Source: Epithemia pelagica (taxonomy: Eukaryota > Protista > Bacillariophyta). From it: a DNA stretch of 64,000 nucleotides. The DNA lies in contig OX337230.1 in assembly GCA_946965045.2 (NCBI GenBank), positions 1,612,001-1,676,000 on the forward strand, read 5' to 3'. The notes below the pieces were generated by a model that worked only from the letters and a program-made list of their open reading frames with translations, did no database searches and was not told the origin of the DNA. The position numbers and the translations under genes are program-made. Positions 50,662 through 62,480 of this stretch are shown here, in pieces (within the stretch, counting starts at the first letter, position 1; each line of letters starts with the position of its first letter).

Positions 50662-53600
50662 ATGGACAAAAAGGCAGCGAGTGGCGATATGTCGAGCAAT
50701 AGCTCTGGAAATATCCACCACCAGCATCAAGGACATGAACAGCCAACGCGAGCATCCCGTCCACAAGGAGTTCATGCTGTTGCACGTGCTTCTCGCGAGA
50801 ATGCTGCTGAAGGGGAAGGCGAAGGTACTGCTGGTGTCGCTGCAGCTGCACCATCACAAAAACGACCTGCACGCAGCACTTTTCGAGCACCCCCTGGTCG
50901 TTTGCCCGAATCTGGCCCGGAAGAAGCCGCCGCCGAAACCGTTGCGAATGAGAACGCTGGAGCGCAAGAAGAAGAGCGGAGTCCTCTACTGTCGTCTTTG
51001 TTGGAGCATTTGGTGGAACTAGCCCACCAAGCTGGTTTTGCGGAGGAATTGATTGAGGTTTCCAAGGCTCGATTGCTTCTGGAAGCCACTGCTGGTCAAG
51101 TCCCTTTGGCGGCTCAGTTATATTGGGATGATGTTTTGGCAAGAACCCACAATCAACAGCAACGGCCACATCCTGGAAGCCGAGGCTCTTCTCGCCCCAA
51201 TCCTCCGCCGCCGCCTCCTCCTCCCATGGCATTTGGTGTGGCTGCTCCTGCCGCCGCAGCGGTAGCCCCTCCACCTCCTGTGGAACAAGCACCACCCGTT
51301 CGTCAACGGTCGCTGAGACGCCGGCTGGAAACGGATTATGAACATTTGCAGCAAAAACAATCAAAACATGCCCCTCGCGCTCACGGGAACAATTCACTAC
51401 ATAACAACGGTGAACTTGCCAATAATGACAACAACAATCATAACCCAGCGCCACCTGCTGAAGAAGCTCATCCACCGGTGTATTATCGCAGGAGGCGTGA
51501 TCCACCGGCCTGGATGGCACCCGGATTGTCAAATGAAGAACGTCGACAGCTCATGTTAGCACCGCAGCAACCTGTTCGGCGAGTGCGGACGGTTCCTACT
51601 CGACAAGCCGCAGTGGCGGCGGCCCAAGCCATTGCCGAACAAGAGCGCATTTTCCATCAGCGGTATCATCGTCCTCGTTCGGAAGAAGAGATTCGCGATT
51701 TTGAACAAGCTTGTCGACAAGAAGAAGCAGCGCGAGATGGATTGGAAAATCATTTCAATGATCCTGAAGATGATGATGATGACGAAGAAGACGAGGACGA
51801 AGACGATATCCGTCATGGACATGCGAACCGTCATGGAGATGTACTTGCCAGAGGGGCCGCCGAGGAACAAAATGACAACCCAATTGAGGAAGAGGACGAA
51901 GATGAGGATGGCCCTCGACCTCGCCTTATGGTGGCTCGCCGTATGGAGACGTCCGTATCTGTTTCAGACGATGAAGCTGCTGCTGAAATATTACGAACAG
52001 TCGACGGAGTTCAGAGGCGCGTTCGTCGGAAACCTTTGAAAGGTCGTAAACGACCGTCGTCTTCGTTTGATGATGATTTGTCCTTGCAGCGCAAACGAAG
52101 TCGAACTTTGGAGCTTGGAGTCAACGACGACGGCAAGAACATGGAAGAAAATGGATACCTTTCCGACAATGATTGGATTTGGGAGTCCCTCTCCTCGAAC
52201 TCCCGGAATGTCATTACTCCAGTAGCTCCTATGGACTTTTTGTGGGGCATTTCTGCGGAACCGGTTGCTCGCGGAAGCGCCAATGATGACGATCAAGAAG
52301 ATGGTACAAAGAAATCCGATTCAAAGGATAATTCTGCTGGTATTTCGAATGATTCCGCTGGTTCTAACAGCGGGGAGATCCAGATGGGTGACGTTGTGGT
52401 TGTGGACGTAAACGAATGCTCAGGTGCAAGGGAAGTGAGTGCCCGTACCCAAAGTGGTGGTGATAAGAGCGGCAATGACAGCAAGGACAAGTCGGAGCAT
52501 GGTCGTAAGACCGATGAAAATGAACCAATGGAAGAGTCTTCGACGGGTGATGGTGATGGGCATGATGAGAACGAGATTAATGATGAAGATGACGAGATGG
52601 ACGAAGAAGAAAAGGGAGCTACCATTCCCGTTACATGGTTACGTGCAGGGATTGGATTTGCAGACGATTTATTCAAACGAGGCTTGAGCTGCAATGCCCC
52701 CAATGAAGATGATATTGCTTACCTACAATGGAAACAGCAATTGCCTGCTTCCAGTTCTCTTGCAAACAGTCGGAGACGAGGGGGAAGAAAGCAACGAATC
52801 ACTCGACCGCCGTATCACTGCCCTTCCGTTACGTTGCTTCCTGCTATTGTAACCGCATTGATGCACGCTGGGGTGACAGTTGTCAAAGAGACGAACGCCA
52901 CGGCACCACGTGTTACCTGTCAGACAACGCAGAAAGCATACCATCTTCTTGATGAAAAGACTCGAAGGCGAGAATGGGAACAGCGGTTGGTCGATGCTTT
53001 GACGGCTCTTTTGGTTATTGCTGCCCAAGCATCGAAACAACGCAAGACCAAAGCCCTTGAACGAGCACAGCGAATGGAAGAGTGTCAACGTCAACAGGAG
53101 CAACAGAAGCGTCAGGAGGCGACACCAGATGAGAACCGTACTGAAAACGTGTCTTCGTTGCCAGCTGAGAAGAAGAAGGACTCCCCGGTTGCAGTTGCCC
53201 TGGAGAAGACACGGCATGCGATCAGCATTAACGATGATCGAGTCGCCACCACTTCGCCTTGCGGGGCATCTGCGAGATGGCAGAAGCTTCACTCGAAGCT
53301 GCAGCTTTGTCCAACCTGTTGGTGGCAAAGGATAGATCCCAACAGTGCTAATTTCCAGGCCCCTACGAGCAATCATGGGCACATACTACCCACTGCTGAT
53401 GAACCTTTCACAATTCCCATATCGTATACTCATATTTGCGATTTGCGGTCCTACGTGAAGTCAAATCTGGATGCATTCATGGGAACCGGTGGCTGTGCGC
53501 TCTTTCTGGAAACCATTCTTCGTATTCATGGAAAAGGAGCCGTGCAGCGGATGGTTCATTTGGCCAGGGACAAGGAGTTCGATAATTGTAAGAGTGACAA

Positions 53601-54642
53601 GAAGAACGCTGAGGAAAATTGCCCTACAAAAATCCCACCACTGTTGCGCTGCAATTGCCTGGAAAGGTACCAACGAACGCAACAAAAACAACGCATTTCG
53701 TCATGGCCTGGTGCATCCAAAACCGCATATGAGCAAGCGCATGAGGAAAGCGAGGATCCCTGCAATGACTGTGCGTCGATAGAGCTGATTAGCCTACTTC
53801 TCACCGGGAGAGTTTATAGTAGCTGGAAAGGCTGGTCGACCAGCATGGCCCCGTACGCAAGGTTGGGTATTGGGGTCTTGACTGATCGACCTGGGGAAGT
53901 AGGTCGGGGTTTAACTCGTCCGGAGAAACCAGTTTGGATCGTCAAGGGCCCATCGCAGTATTCTGTTTTGTTTTTGAATGAACGCAATAGCTCTGGTGTA
54001 TTGGACGAGTCTAAAAGCTTTGTAGTCAACATGACGCATTGGAGCTGTTGGTATGATGACCAGGGGGAGGACAATGATGATCAAGAAGACGATATTCCTA
54101 ATCATGTATCAGAGACGAAGTTTCGTTTTACCGGGGGGAAAGATGAAAGTAAATCATCGGACAAGTTACCTTTGAAAGCTGTGCCACACTCAGACCTCAA
54201 AGTACAAGCGTCGGAAGGTCCCTTGAAACACGTTGGCGTGGACAAGAACCGGAGTCGAACTCTTGCGTTGCTTTCCGAGCGACGCAAAAAGGAGAATCAC
54301 GCATTCTCGGAGCGTAGTTGTTCTGAACATGTTGGGAACGAGCACCTATTCACAAAAGAAGATCTGGACCGCGTCAGCGTTCATCCTGAAGACCAACGTT
54401 ATTACGACAACTTTCGATTGTGGAGATACGACATTGTTCCAAGACAAGGTAACGACGATGAAGATGCCGACGCCAAGAAACCTCGAGGAGAACACTGGAC
54501 TCCATTCCATCGTCTCAGCGACTACGACAAAATGCTGGTAGAGACCAAGCTCGGGCCCAAACTAGCTGTTGTTTTGAGGACACGATGGCCTGGAGCACGG
54601 ATTGACCGTATGGAACCTTTGAAACCGCTGCCTCTTGTTTGA
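50662..54642 (+). CDS. UBA-like domain plus MINDY3/4 (DUF4205)-like deubiquitinase fold, apparently catalytically dead (1326 aa)
   Basis: UBA-like ARLLLEATAGQVPLAAQLYW. MINDY-like blocks GGCALFLETI, CASIELISLLLTGR, IGVL...EVGRGLTRPEKPVWIV..SQYSVLF and C-terminal LRTRWP. Confidence 0.7.
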   Translation: MDKKAASGDMSSNSSGNIHHQHQGHEQPTRASRPQGVHAVARASRENAAEGEGEGTAGVAAAAPSQKRPARSTFRAPPGRLPESGPEEAAAETVANENAGAQEEERSPLLSSLLEHLVELAHQAGFAEELIEVSKARLLLEATAGQVPLAAQLYWDDVLARTHNQQQRPHPGSRGSSRPNPPPPPPPPMAFGVAAPAAAAVAPPPPVEQAPPVRQRSLRRRLETDYEHLQQKQSKHAPRAHGNNSLHNNGELANNDNNNHNPAPPAEEAHPPVYYRRRRDPPAWMAPGLSNEERRQLMLAPQQPVRRVRTVPTRQAAVAAAQAIAEQERIFHQRYHRPRSEEEIRDFEQACRQEEAARDGLENHFNDPEDDDDDEEDEDEDDIRHGHANRHGDVLARGAAEEQNDNPIEEEDEDEDGPRPRLMVARRMETSVSVSDDEAAAEILRTVDGVQRRVRRKPLKGRKRPSSSFDDDLSLQRKRSRTLELGVNDDGKNMEENGYLSDNDWIWESLSSNSRNVITPVAPMDFLWGISAEPVARGSANDDDQEDGTKKSDSKDNSAGISNDSAGSNSGEIQMGDVVVVDVNECSGAREVSARTQSGGDKSGNDSKDKSEHGRKTDENEPMEESSTGDGDGHDENEINDEDDEMDEEEKGATIPVTWLRAGIGFADDLFKRGLSCNAPNEDDIAYLQWKQQLPASSSLANSRRRGGRKQRITRPPYHCPSVTLLPAIVTALMHAGVTVVKETNATAPRVTCQTTQKAYHLLDEKTRRREWEQRLVDALTALLVIAAQASKQRKTKALERAQRMEECQRQQEQQKRQEATPDENRTENVSSLPAEKKKDSPVAVALEKTRHAISINDDRVATTSPCGASARWQKLHSKLQLCPTCWWQRIDPNSANFQAPTSNHGHILPTADEPFTIPISYTHICDLRSYVKSNLDAFMGTGGCALFLETILRIHGKGAVQRMVHLARDKEFDNCKSDKKNAEENCPTKIPPLLRCNCLERYQRTQQKQRISSWPGASKTAYEQAHEESEDPCNDCASIELISLLLTGRVYSSWKGWSTSMAPYARLGIGVLTDRPGEVGRGLTRPEKPVWIVKGPSQYSVLFLNERNSSGVLDESKSFVVNMTHWSCWYDDQGEDNDDQEDDIPNHVSETKFRFTGGKDESKSSDKLPLKAVPHSDLKVQASEGPLKHVGVDKNRSRTLALLSERRKKENHAFSERSCSEHVGNEHLFTKEDLDRVSVHPEDQRYYDNFRLWRYDIVPRQGNDDEDADAKKPRGEHWTPFHRLSDYDKMLVETKLGPKLAVVLRTRWPGARIDRMEPLKPLPLV

Positions 54643-55126
54643 GAGTCAGCATCGGAAAGAATGTCCAAATCAACTGAGACCGTTGTATGTGCTTCTCCGG
54701 TCAACCTGCAGTATGACGACCGCTGTAACTACTAGTGGGTAGTATGTAATATGATGAAATTGCGGTTAGATTGATCTGTCGAAACGCAATGCCGTATTCG
54801 CTCGTCACTATGGATTGAGTAGATTCTAGTAGTGTCTTGCTTCAGTGTGTGTGAGATAGGAGTACAAGAAGCCAAGAGTATTTTTTGTCCCGTCGCCCGT
54901 CGCATTCATTGGTGCGGTTTCGTGTGCCTTGATGGGTGTGGCCAAAGCGGCCGTTCAAAGAGGAGGAAAAGAGAGTCTACTCGGGCGATAGCTCCGGATA
55001 GCTCCACGAGAAATTCCTCAGTCGCTGATGGTGTGGAGGTCGCGTTTACGACCACGTATGCAACATCCGACGTCACGAACCCCTCTAATCTCAAATCTCA
55101 AAAAGTCAACTTTCGCGTTCTTCACC

Positions 55127-55822
55127 ATGACAGGCGCCGGCATACTGATACTTCGTCTTGCTGGATTGGGAGGGTTTTCATATCTTGTATCGTGCTTCTG
55201 TTATCCGCATCGGAGTACAAGAAGATATACGTTCTGTGATTCTTCACTGTACGGCGAAAATTTGGACGAGACAAAACAGACCTTTTCGGTTCATGTTTCT
55301 TATGACGAACGTTCTGCACAGAAAAGTCAACGAGAGTATGGAGAACCCACAAGCATTGATATCTCTATTGAAGAAGGTGAAACCATTTTGTCTGCTCTTG
55401 AGCGAGCGTCTAGTCCCGGCGTTGGAAAGCTAACAGGAAATATATTTCCACCTGCTTCCGATTGCCGACGAGGAAATTGTATGACGTGCTCGGCAAGGCA
55501 TGATAACGACAGCGAGGTTTCCCGAGTCGAGTCTCTGAGTAATGGGTTGTCGCCTCATGTAGCGCAACAAATTGCTGATCAAGGATACATTCTTACTTGC
55601 AGCAGTACAATCACCGGTCCAGGAGTCTCCTTAAAACTGGGCCAAAACAATCAACTTTGGGACTATGTTTATAGACAACGTTTAGAATCTCAATCGACTC
55701 AGACAACGGCTCATGCAGCCATGGCCAAGGCTATTCGATTAAGTGCGGAACGAAACGTTGGAGAATGGAAAGAACAAACGGAGAGAGTGTACGAGGCCAG
55801 TACAGCCGAACAGGACGACTAG
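55127..55822 (+). CDS. 2Fe-2S ferredoxin-domain protein, probably plastid-targeted (231 aa)
   Basis: IEEGETILSALE, DCRRGNCMTC, GYILTCS (four Cys). Signal peptide ending VSC-F. Confidence 0.8.
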   Translation: MTGAGILILRLAGLGGFSYLVSCFCYPHRSTRRYTFCDSSLYGENLDETKQTFSVHVSYDERSAQKSQREYGEPTSIDISIEEGETILSALERASSPGVGKLTGNIFPPASDCRRGNCMTCSARHDNDSEVSRVESLSNGLSPHVAQQIADQGYILTCSSTITGPGVSLKLGQNNQLWDYVYRQRLESQSTQTTAHAAMAKAIRLSAERNVGEWKEQTERVYEASTAEQDD

Positions 55823-56100
55823 TTGTTCTCGTTTACAATACCATCTATTTGTTAAGGAGCTCTGCTGTTGAATGTTCGTTAACGCTGGAGGATTCCCCGG
55901 TACTCAACTCGATTGCAGCGAATATAGCTTAGAAGGGTGCTTCTATCAGTTGCCTGGTTCCACGCCTTTCCTTCGGAAGGAGAAATTCAGTGAGAGCATC
56001 GCTATGTACAATATTGCTTAGTAGGAGTCGGGAAGTAACGATCAAGTGAATGTTAAAGCTGTGCAACAAAGTTTAACAAGGTGCCTCTAGAGATAATTAC

Positions 56101-59100
56101 CTAGTCCATCGCGAATGCCCAGCGAGGTTCATGTCGTGGTTCCACTTCATTCTTTAAGTTAACGACGCGTCCATAACCACGAGGCATTTCATCGTGAAGA
56201 GCCTTCTCCAACGATGATCCTTTCGTGAATGATTTCACAAACTTTTGGCCAAGCTTGGAGTCCTCAACATAAGTGAAGAGATTAATGTCCACATGGTCGC
56301 GTCCATTAAAAAGGACGACGAAGTTTCCTCCATTCCATGAATCAACGAAAACACAGCCATCACCAAGCTCAAGAAACTCGTCAGGTTCAGATTCAACATT
56401 GATGGCATGCATGGCATCATCCAGCAGAGATCGGATGCCCTCACATGTCAGTCCAGTTCGGTCTTTATTTTTTTTCTGATTGATCTCAAGTTGAAAAAGA
56501 TTTTGATAACCCGTAGGCTGTTGAGTCTTCCATTGTTCGTACGGGGCAGTTCTGTCGTAATCCGTTGCATTGAAGAACTGGGAAGGTTTAAAATTGTGCT
56601 GCATTTCATATTCCACGCCGCCTACATGACGAATGTCACTTGTTAGTCCAGTGTACTTTTCGATGTTAGAAGCGGCTTCCTTCAAATGCGTAATAAAATG
56701 TTTGTCTCCCGAACTGAATGTCGTCATTTCCAAGAAACGTTCAGAGTTGTGGAAGAGAACAGAAGCTTTGAACCCTGGCTCGTTGTCAAAAAATTCACGG
56801 AAGTGATCGACGAAGATTCTTCGCCAGTCTTCTTCTTGCAGAGATATCGCAAGAACCATAACATCGTTCAAGAACAAACGGTTTCGGTCCGGTGCACTCT
56901 TTGCTAGACTCTGCACGATTTGAGCACTTTCTCGAGAGGCGGTTGTATCAACGATCACAGTCCCAATACTTTTGCCTGCAAGCATGGTATAGATATCCTT
57001 TTCGCAATTAAACATTTTCTTCGCTTCGTCAAATTCATCTTCAGTTCCAGAGAGAGGACAAGCCCAGATGGGAAAGACCTCACCGATTCCATCGTGCTCC
57101 CGTAGAGCACTGAGAGTGCTGCAATGTTCACCCTCGGCACCACAGAGAACTACGGCATTTGCTTTTGAGTGGCGTTGAAGAGAACGGATGCTTTCTTCAA
57201 CCACAACTCGAACTGAGCTTTCCCCAATTGAAATATCACCTCCCTGTTTTGATCCCATTTCGTCGCAGTCCTGCGTGAATTTGGGTCCCCGACTCATGTC
57301 GTCCTCTTTCCACGTGCTTACTCCAAACATCCCTCCACCAGCAATTCGAAAGGAAGAGGACGATTGGGAACTGCTGCCAACTGCGGTCAAAAGAGATTTC
57401 TTTAAACTTTCTTGTTTGCCGAAACTGCTCCACATGTGAATATCAAAAGCACAATAGTTGTTCTCAGGCCAGGCCCTGGCAACGACATATCCCTCGCGAA
57501 GCACCATAGTGACAATCGGACCATGACCTTCGACATCCAAGGATTTTGCTGACACAAGATTCAGTCCCTCAGCTTCAAGAGCGGGGAGGAGGATGCTCTT
57601 GACCGCATCGGAAGTTGACAGTTGCGCAGTGGTGTTCTCGGCCTCAACAATCATCGCAACACCAGGACTCCTTTCTTGATACTCAGGTACCTCATCGTCG
57701 TTGTCTTCTTTGCAGTAGCGTTCGAAATCTGGGTTTGTCATGTAATCATGAACCAACTCAAAGTCATGGTCCACCTCCATAACAGGTCTGTGCATCGTGT
57801 GAACCTTATGATCTGTCAAGGTTTTTTGGATGAAGTCAATTTTATTACTAAAGTGCAGAAAACAAAAGTAAGTAACCAGGACCTGACAATGAAAAGTCCA
57901 TGTTTCTTGGGTCGTACCTTCCCAATACCAAACATTGGGAGCACACCAAGGGGACATCATAGTAGTGCAGCTGGATTGTATGATGGAATACTCGGCTCAA
58001 GTTCTCAAAATACATTTCGTTCTTCAGGAAAATTCCTTCAGGTTTGAGCAACAAGGAGAGCGCCGACATGATATCAAGCCCTTTTGTGACTACGAAACGA
58101 GTACGTATATAGACCAGTCAGTCGATGCAGGAAAAGGGAAAACAGTGAAGAATTCCAAGTGCACGTACCCGTATTACTCATAATGGTTTCACTCAAGTCG
58201 ACCAAAACCATGTCAAAGGTGCCAAAGTAATCCTTTGGAAGCATGAGCAAACTCTTGGCTGCGTCACCGTACCACCATTGTACCCGGTCGTCATCCCAAT
58301 GTGGCTGCGTGCCAAAGTACTTGAAACTATTTCGTGTAACCTTTTGATCAATTTCCAATCCCACCACAAACTCCAAAGATGGGTATTGTAAGGCTTCGTG
58401 AAGGATCATGGAGTCCCCACCACCGATAAAAATGATGCGTTTCACAGATTCCAAGAATCGAGCTGTGTAGTGTACCACGGGTTCATGGTAATGAGGGCGG
58501 TATTTCGTGCAAATCTGATAGATCCCGTCTAATCGAAAGTACAACAAGAGAACGTGAAATACATGTGAGAGATACATGCAGGTCCAAGCGAGAGGCTTGT
58601 GACTTAACGAACTTACCCAAACTGAAGCACATGTCTTTGTTGGCAGGATCCTCCAAAAAGACGATTTTCTGGTACGGCGACTTAATCTCCTCCAGATTTT
58701 TATAGTGGGAATGATCCAATTCCTTTTGCTGGTCGCATGTATCGGTCGAATGGAAGGAATCATCAAATTCTTCGTTCAGTTCACTGTAGCGGCCCACATG
58801 TGCTTGGCACGTGTCATCGGACACAGAACAATGTCCAATATTGGATTCGTCAAGAGCTAAGGAAATGGCCAGTGAGACAGCTTCATGATAATCGACAATG
58901 GTGTTCCATTCGTGTTCCGGAATATCCGATGGAGGAACTTCCAGATAGGAGGATGCAAACTGTGCCAACCGATTCTTCTCTTTTTGGAACGCTTCGATTT
59001 GTTGAAGGTTCTCCATGGGCGGACTATGCCACTTGAGAATGAGCTTTCCAGGGGTCTTTCTCCTTTCGTTCAAGGAAAAGGAAATCCGCTGGCGCCTGAA

Positions 59101-60000
59101 ATCCCACACTTGAGGATACGGTTCCACAATCCCGCAATCTCTCAGGAGATCGGGTGTATTTTCATTAAAGTCAGTAAAGATTTCTTCCCCAGCACTAATG
59201 GGGCGAGATGCCTTGACAACGACTTCGTCCACACCATCATCATCGATATCGAGAGCATTGTGATCAGTGTTGTCCCAAAATCCCCTGCGTGAGTTCAAAA
59301 TGTCAAGAAGAGGAACAAGATGCCCATTCCAATCACGTTCCACGACAAGCATGGCGGCATGATCGGCCATTGGATCGTCGCTCCCTCCGCATTCTTGCTT
59401 CCATTCGTTCTCGAGCCATGTCACTGGATCTCTGGGTGGCAGCATGGATCCAAGCAGGTCTACCAGCAATTTCTTTCCACTGGGAGACCATGAGCTGGGA
59501 AGTAGTCCATGAGGAAGGTTCTTGAGAAAGTTGACATAGGGCGCATAGGCCGAGGCGTTGCCCAGTTGAAATTCTCGGATCAAGGACCGAACAGTTCCAC
59601 AGTGCATACCATCCGCAACTTGATCATCGCCAATGGCTGCCGAAATATGACATTGCTTGGGAATTGAAAAGATTGTTTCCGACTTGGCGATGGCTGCCGT
59701 TGCAAAGACGCCATACGGGGCCCTGGAGGGATCCACTACGTTGCTGTCCTTCTTTCGGCGGATTTCAACATTGCCATTGACAAAACCACCATTGGCCCGG
59801 ACCCAGTCAATTTGAGGCTGAATCAAATCCACATATTGACCTTCCTCTTGACACGTGTTGCTGCCATCGCAGGTGCCAGCCTCCGTCTCAAGTTCAGCCG
59901 TAGTGGACGACAAGGGTGTCGCAGCCGTCTCGCTTGCGACCGAGGCCAAGGGAAAACCAGCAATGACGAAGCAATGAAGCAGAAGCGCAAGATTCTTCAT
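56101..60000 (-). CDS. Signal peptide + SET + aminopropyltransferase + AdoMetDC-like fusion (putative long-chain polyamine synthase), 1220 aa; exons 60000-58617, 58528-58169, 58089-57918, 57847-56101
   Basis: Three GT-AG introns (88, 79, 70 nt) join four ORFs in frame (3663 nt). LSMT-like SET (GVFATAAI, PLLDILN, ISAGEEIF). Spermidine-synthase motifs YHEPVVH, GGGDS, EID, GDA, DLSE. AdoMetDC-like MVLREGYVVARAWPENNYCAFDI and GCVFV...GRDHVDINLF. Confidence 0.85.
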
Positions 60001-60256
60001 CGTCTCTTGACTTCTAGAAACTCGCTTCTCTTTTGCACGGACAACAACAACAACAAAGAAACCAAAGTCCTTCTTCTTCTCGTCTAGGTAGGTCGTTCGA
60101 AGAACTCGAACTCTCCAACTCAAGCAGGGGAAACAATGATCCGTTATGGTCTCCTCGCAAACAGTTGGGTCTGAATTTTTCCATCCCACAAACAAAATCA
60201 CAATCCCAGAAATAGGAATAAAAGTGTGCCCAATAGGGACTGAAAACCTGCGAGCA

Positions 60257-60382
60257 AGGCGCTCCGCGTGCGCCACTGAGTCTTGGGACTTGTGACAAGT
60301 AGCTAAGTTTATTAGCGTATAGAGGCGCTCCGCATGCGCCACTGAGTCTTGGGACTTGTGACAAGTAGCTAAGTTTACTAGC
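60257..60382. repeat. Tandem duplication, 66-bp period, in the upstream region of the polyamine fusion gene
   Basis: AGGCGCTCCGC(G/A)TGCGCCACTGAGTCTTGGGACTTGTGACAAGTAGCTAAGTTTA(T/C)TAGC at 60257 and 60323 (58/60 identical). Confidence 0.9.
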
Positions 60383-62480
60383 TATAGCTATACGTTGCTC
60401 TTCTTCTTACACCCTTGACGACCATGGAACATGGACGACCATCTACCGTCATGGTACTCCAAGGAAAATCCTTACCGTATGCACTTCTCATCATTCTCTA
60501 AACAACTGCTATATGGATCCCCAAAAAGAAGCAACCAATATTTTCCATTCGCAGGCTACTCCAAAGAAACAAGAGTAGCATAAAAAGCTACAGTTGCGTC
60601 CAAGCTCGATGAGTTTCATTATCACTATTGTGCATCAAAGTCCCATAAAAGTTCGATAGCAGCTTGAAAGCCTTTCTTCATTGTCTTGAAGGATGGAGGA
60701 TATGACCAATTTTCACTTCATTGTCGTCATTCCATGATACAACTCTCGTTGTACCCGACCTACAACAGTAAAAATATCCAGAAGTCTTTCTCGATCGAGA
60801 AACGAAGCATGAGCATGTCTACCTGAGTCACGACTTCTTCAGCGTGTGTTCTCTATTCCACCTCCTGCTCTTGCATTGACCCAGCACTTTTTGCTCGCGT
60901 GTGCTCGTGTTGTCATTGCGAATGGCATCACAAATAACAATACTCGAACCATTTCCATATCCCTGGTAGTAACAAGAAAACGTTGAAAAACTAGGTAGAG
61001 CCACTCAATGAAAGTTTCTGTACGTGTAATTTGAAGTCGATACACTACTGCGGTGAAAGAGAAATGCTGTCCACTTTTGTTCTCTCTGAACATCATTGGC
61101 ATTTCCGTAGCATATCGTCACACGTGCATTCTTCACTGATTTCTCGCTATGTTCCTTCTTTTGATCGGATGCTGGGTGAGTGTGAATCTTTCTTTTTGTC
61201 CCAACTAAAATGACAGCATCCAGAATAAAGATTGGAAAATGCGAATTTGGAAATGGGATATGGGTTATGCATCGCACTTATTCGTGTCATAGTGAGAAAA
61301 AGTGAGGTCAGTGATCAATGATCAATCATTGTCAACACCATGAACGATTATAGCCAAGAAAAGTGGCAAATAAAAAGTTGTACTCCCTCTGGAAACCCTT
61401 TGTTGCACCAATTGGTTTTTGGTTATTTTAGTCGCATTAAAAATTCACGTATACTCCAGTACAAACCTACAGGAGGACGGCTGGCTCATTCGGAGTATCA
61501 AAGTCTAAGAATAATATGGGGGATCATATAGAATGACATGCGCGCATCTACACTACTATACGAAAAGTACAAAATATTTGGCGACGGAAGTCAAAGCACC
61601 TCAGAAAAAGGTGCCCTGATTGACCATGGTGATGAGGGTCAAAATGGCCCGACCACAGCATTGTGCCGGCAACTCTGGTCCCTTTGACACTCCAATAGAG
61701 CGTCCTGGCCCTCGCGCTCTCCTAGGAGGCATATAAGGATCAACCGGTACGGGATGAAAGTACTTGTAGGTGCTACCAATTCGTCCCTTTTTTGATCACA
61801 GGTGGTCAGGAATACGAGATCGAACATATAAATTATATACCGAAATGTTCGTACTAAAAAAAGCTATAAGCCGATATAATTTTTTTGACCAACGGACATA
61901 CGCCCATGAAATGACGCAATTCCCCTTTTTTTGGTGCAACAAAGGGTTTCCAGAGGGAGTAGGTCATAGGTATCATCCAGTCATTTGTCATTTCAAAATG
62001 TCACTGATGTCAAACAAGATATACATTATTATTGCCCTGAATATTTAACAATATGGCCCATATCTATTAGGCTATCCCCCCTTCCCCCAAAGCAATACGA
62101 GTACGAGTGCGAGTACACTCGAGAGTACAATAAAAATGATTAGGAGTAATGAATCGCGTTGGGCCTGACATATCGGAAGGTATGAAACAGCCCATATAAA
62201 TAAAATAATACTACGAGTCTTCGAGTACTCGTACTACGAGAGTAATTGCAATGTTCCGAATTGAGAGCTCCGAGAATGACAACGGATACGATCCAGAACC
62301 TAGCGGTCTCTGTCCCATGGCTGACCGCAGGACGGCGTCTCAAATCCCAAGTCATCCCAGTGAAATTCGAATTCATTGACTCGATCATTCAGGTTCCAGG
62401 GACGGCCCATTGGAGGCGGAGTTTCCAGCAAATGCCTGCTGTTGACTGAATCGATTTGCAGCGGATGGATGGACGAATGA

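Noticed and set aside
58483-60342. Treating ORFs 56101-57960, 57848-58069, 58074-58766 and 58483-60342 as separate genes, and using the 60342 start
   Set aside because: Canonical GT-AG introns join them in frame. The region upstream of ATG 60000 overlaps the tandem repeat, and ATG 60000 begins a clear signal peptide.
60257-60382. CRISPR-like interpretation of the direct repeats here and at 39148-39262
   Set aside because: Only two adjacent units with no unique spacers, no cas genes, and a eukaryotic context. These are simple tandem duplications.
60400-62200. AT-richer gene-free stretch with TACGAG/GTAC microrepeats as a transposon or centromere-like region
   Set aside because: No terminal repeats, long ORF or periodicity that I could support by eye.
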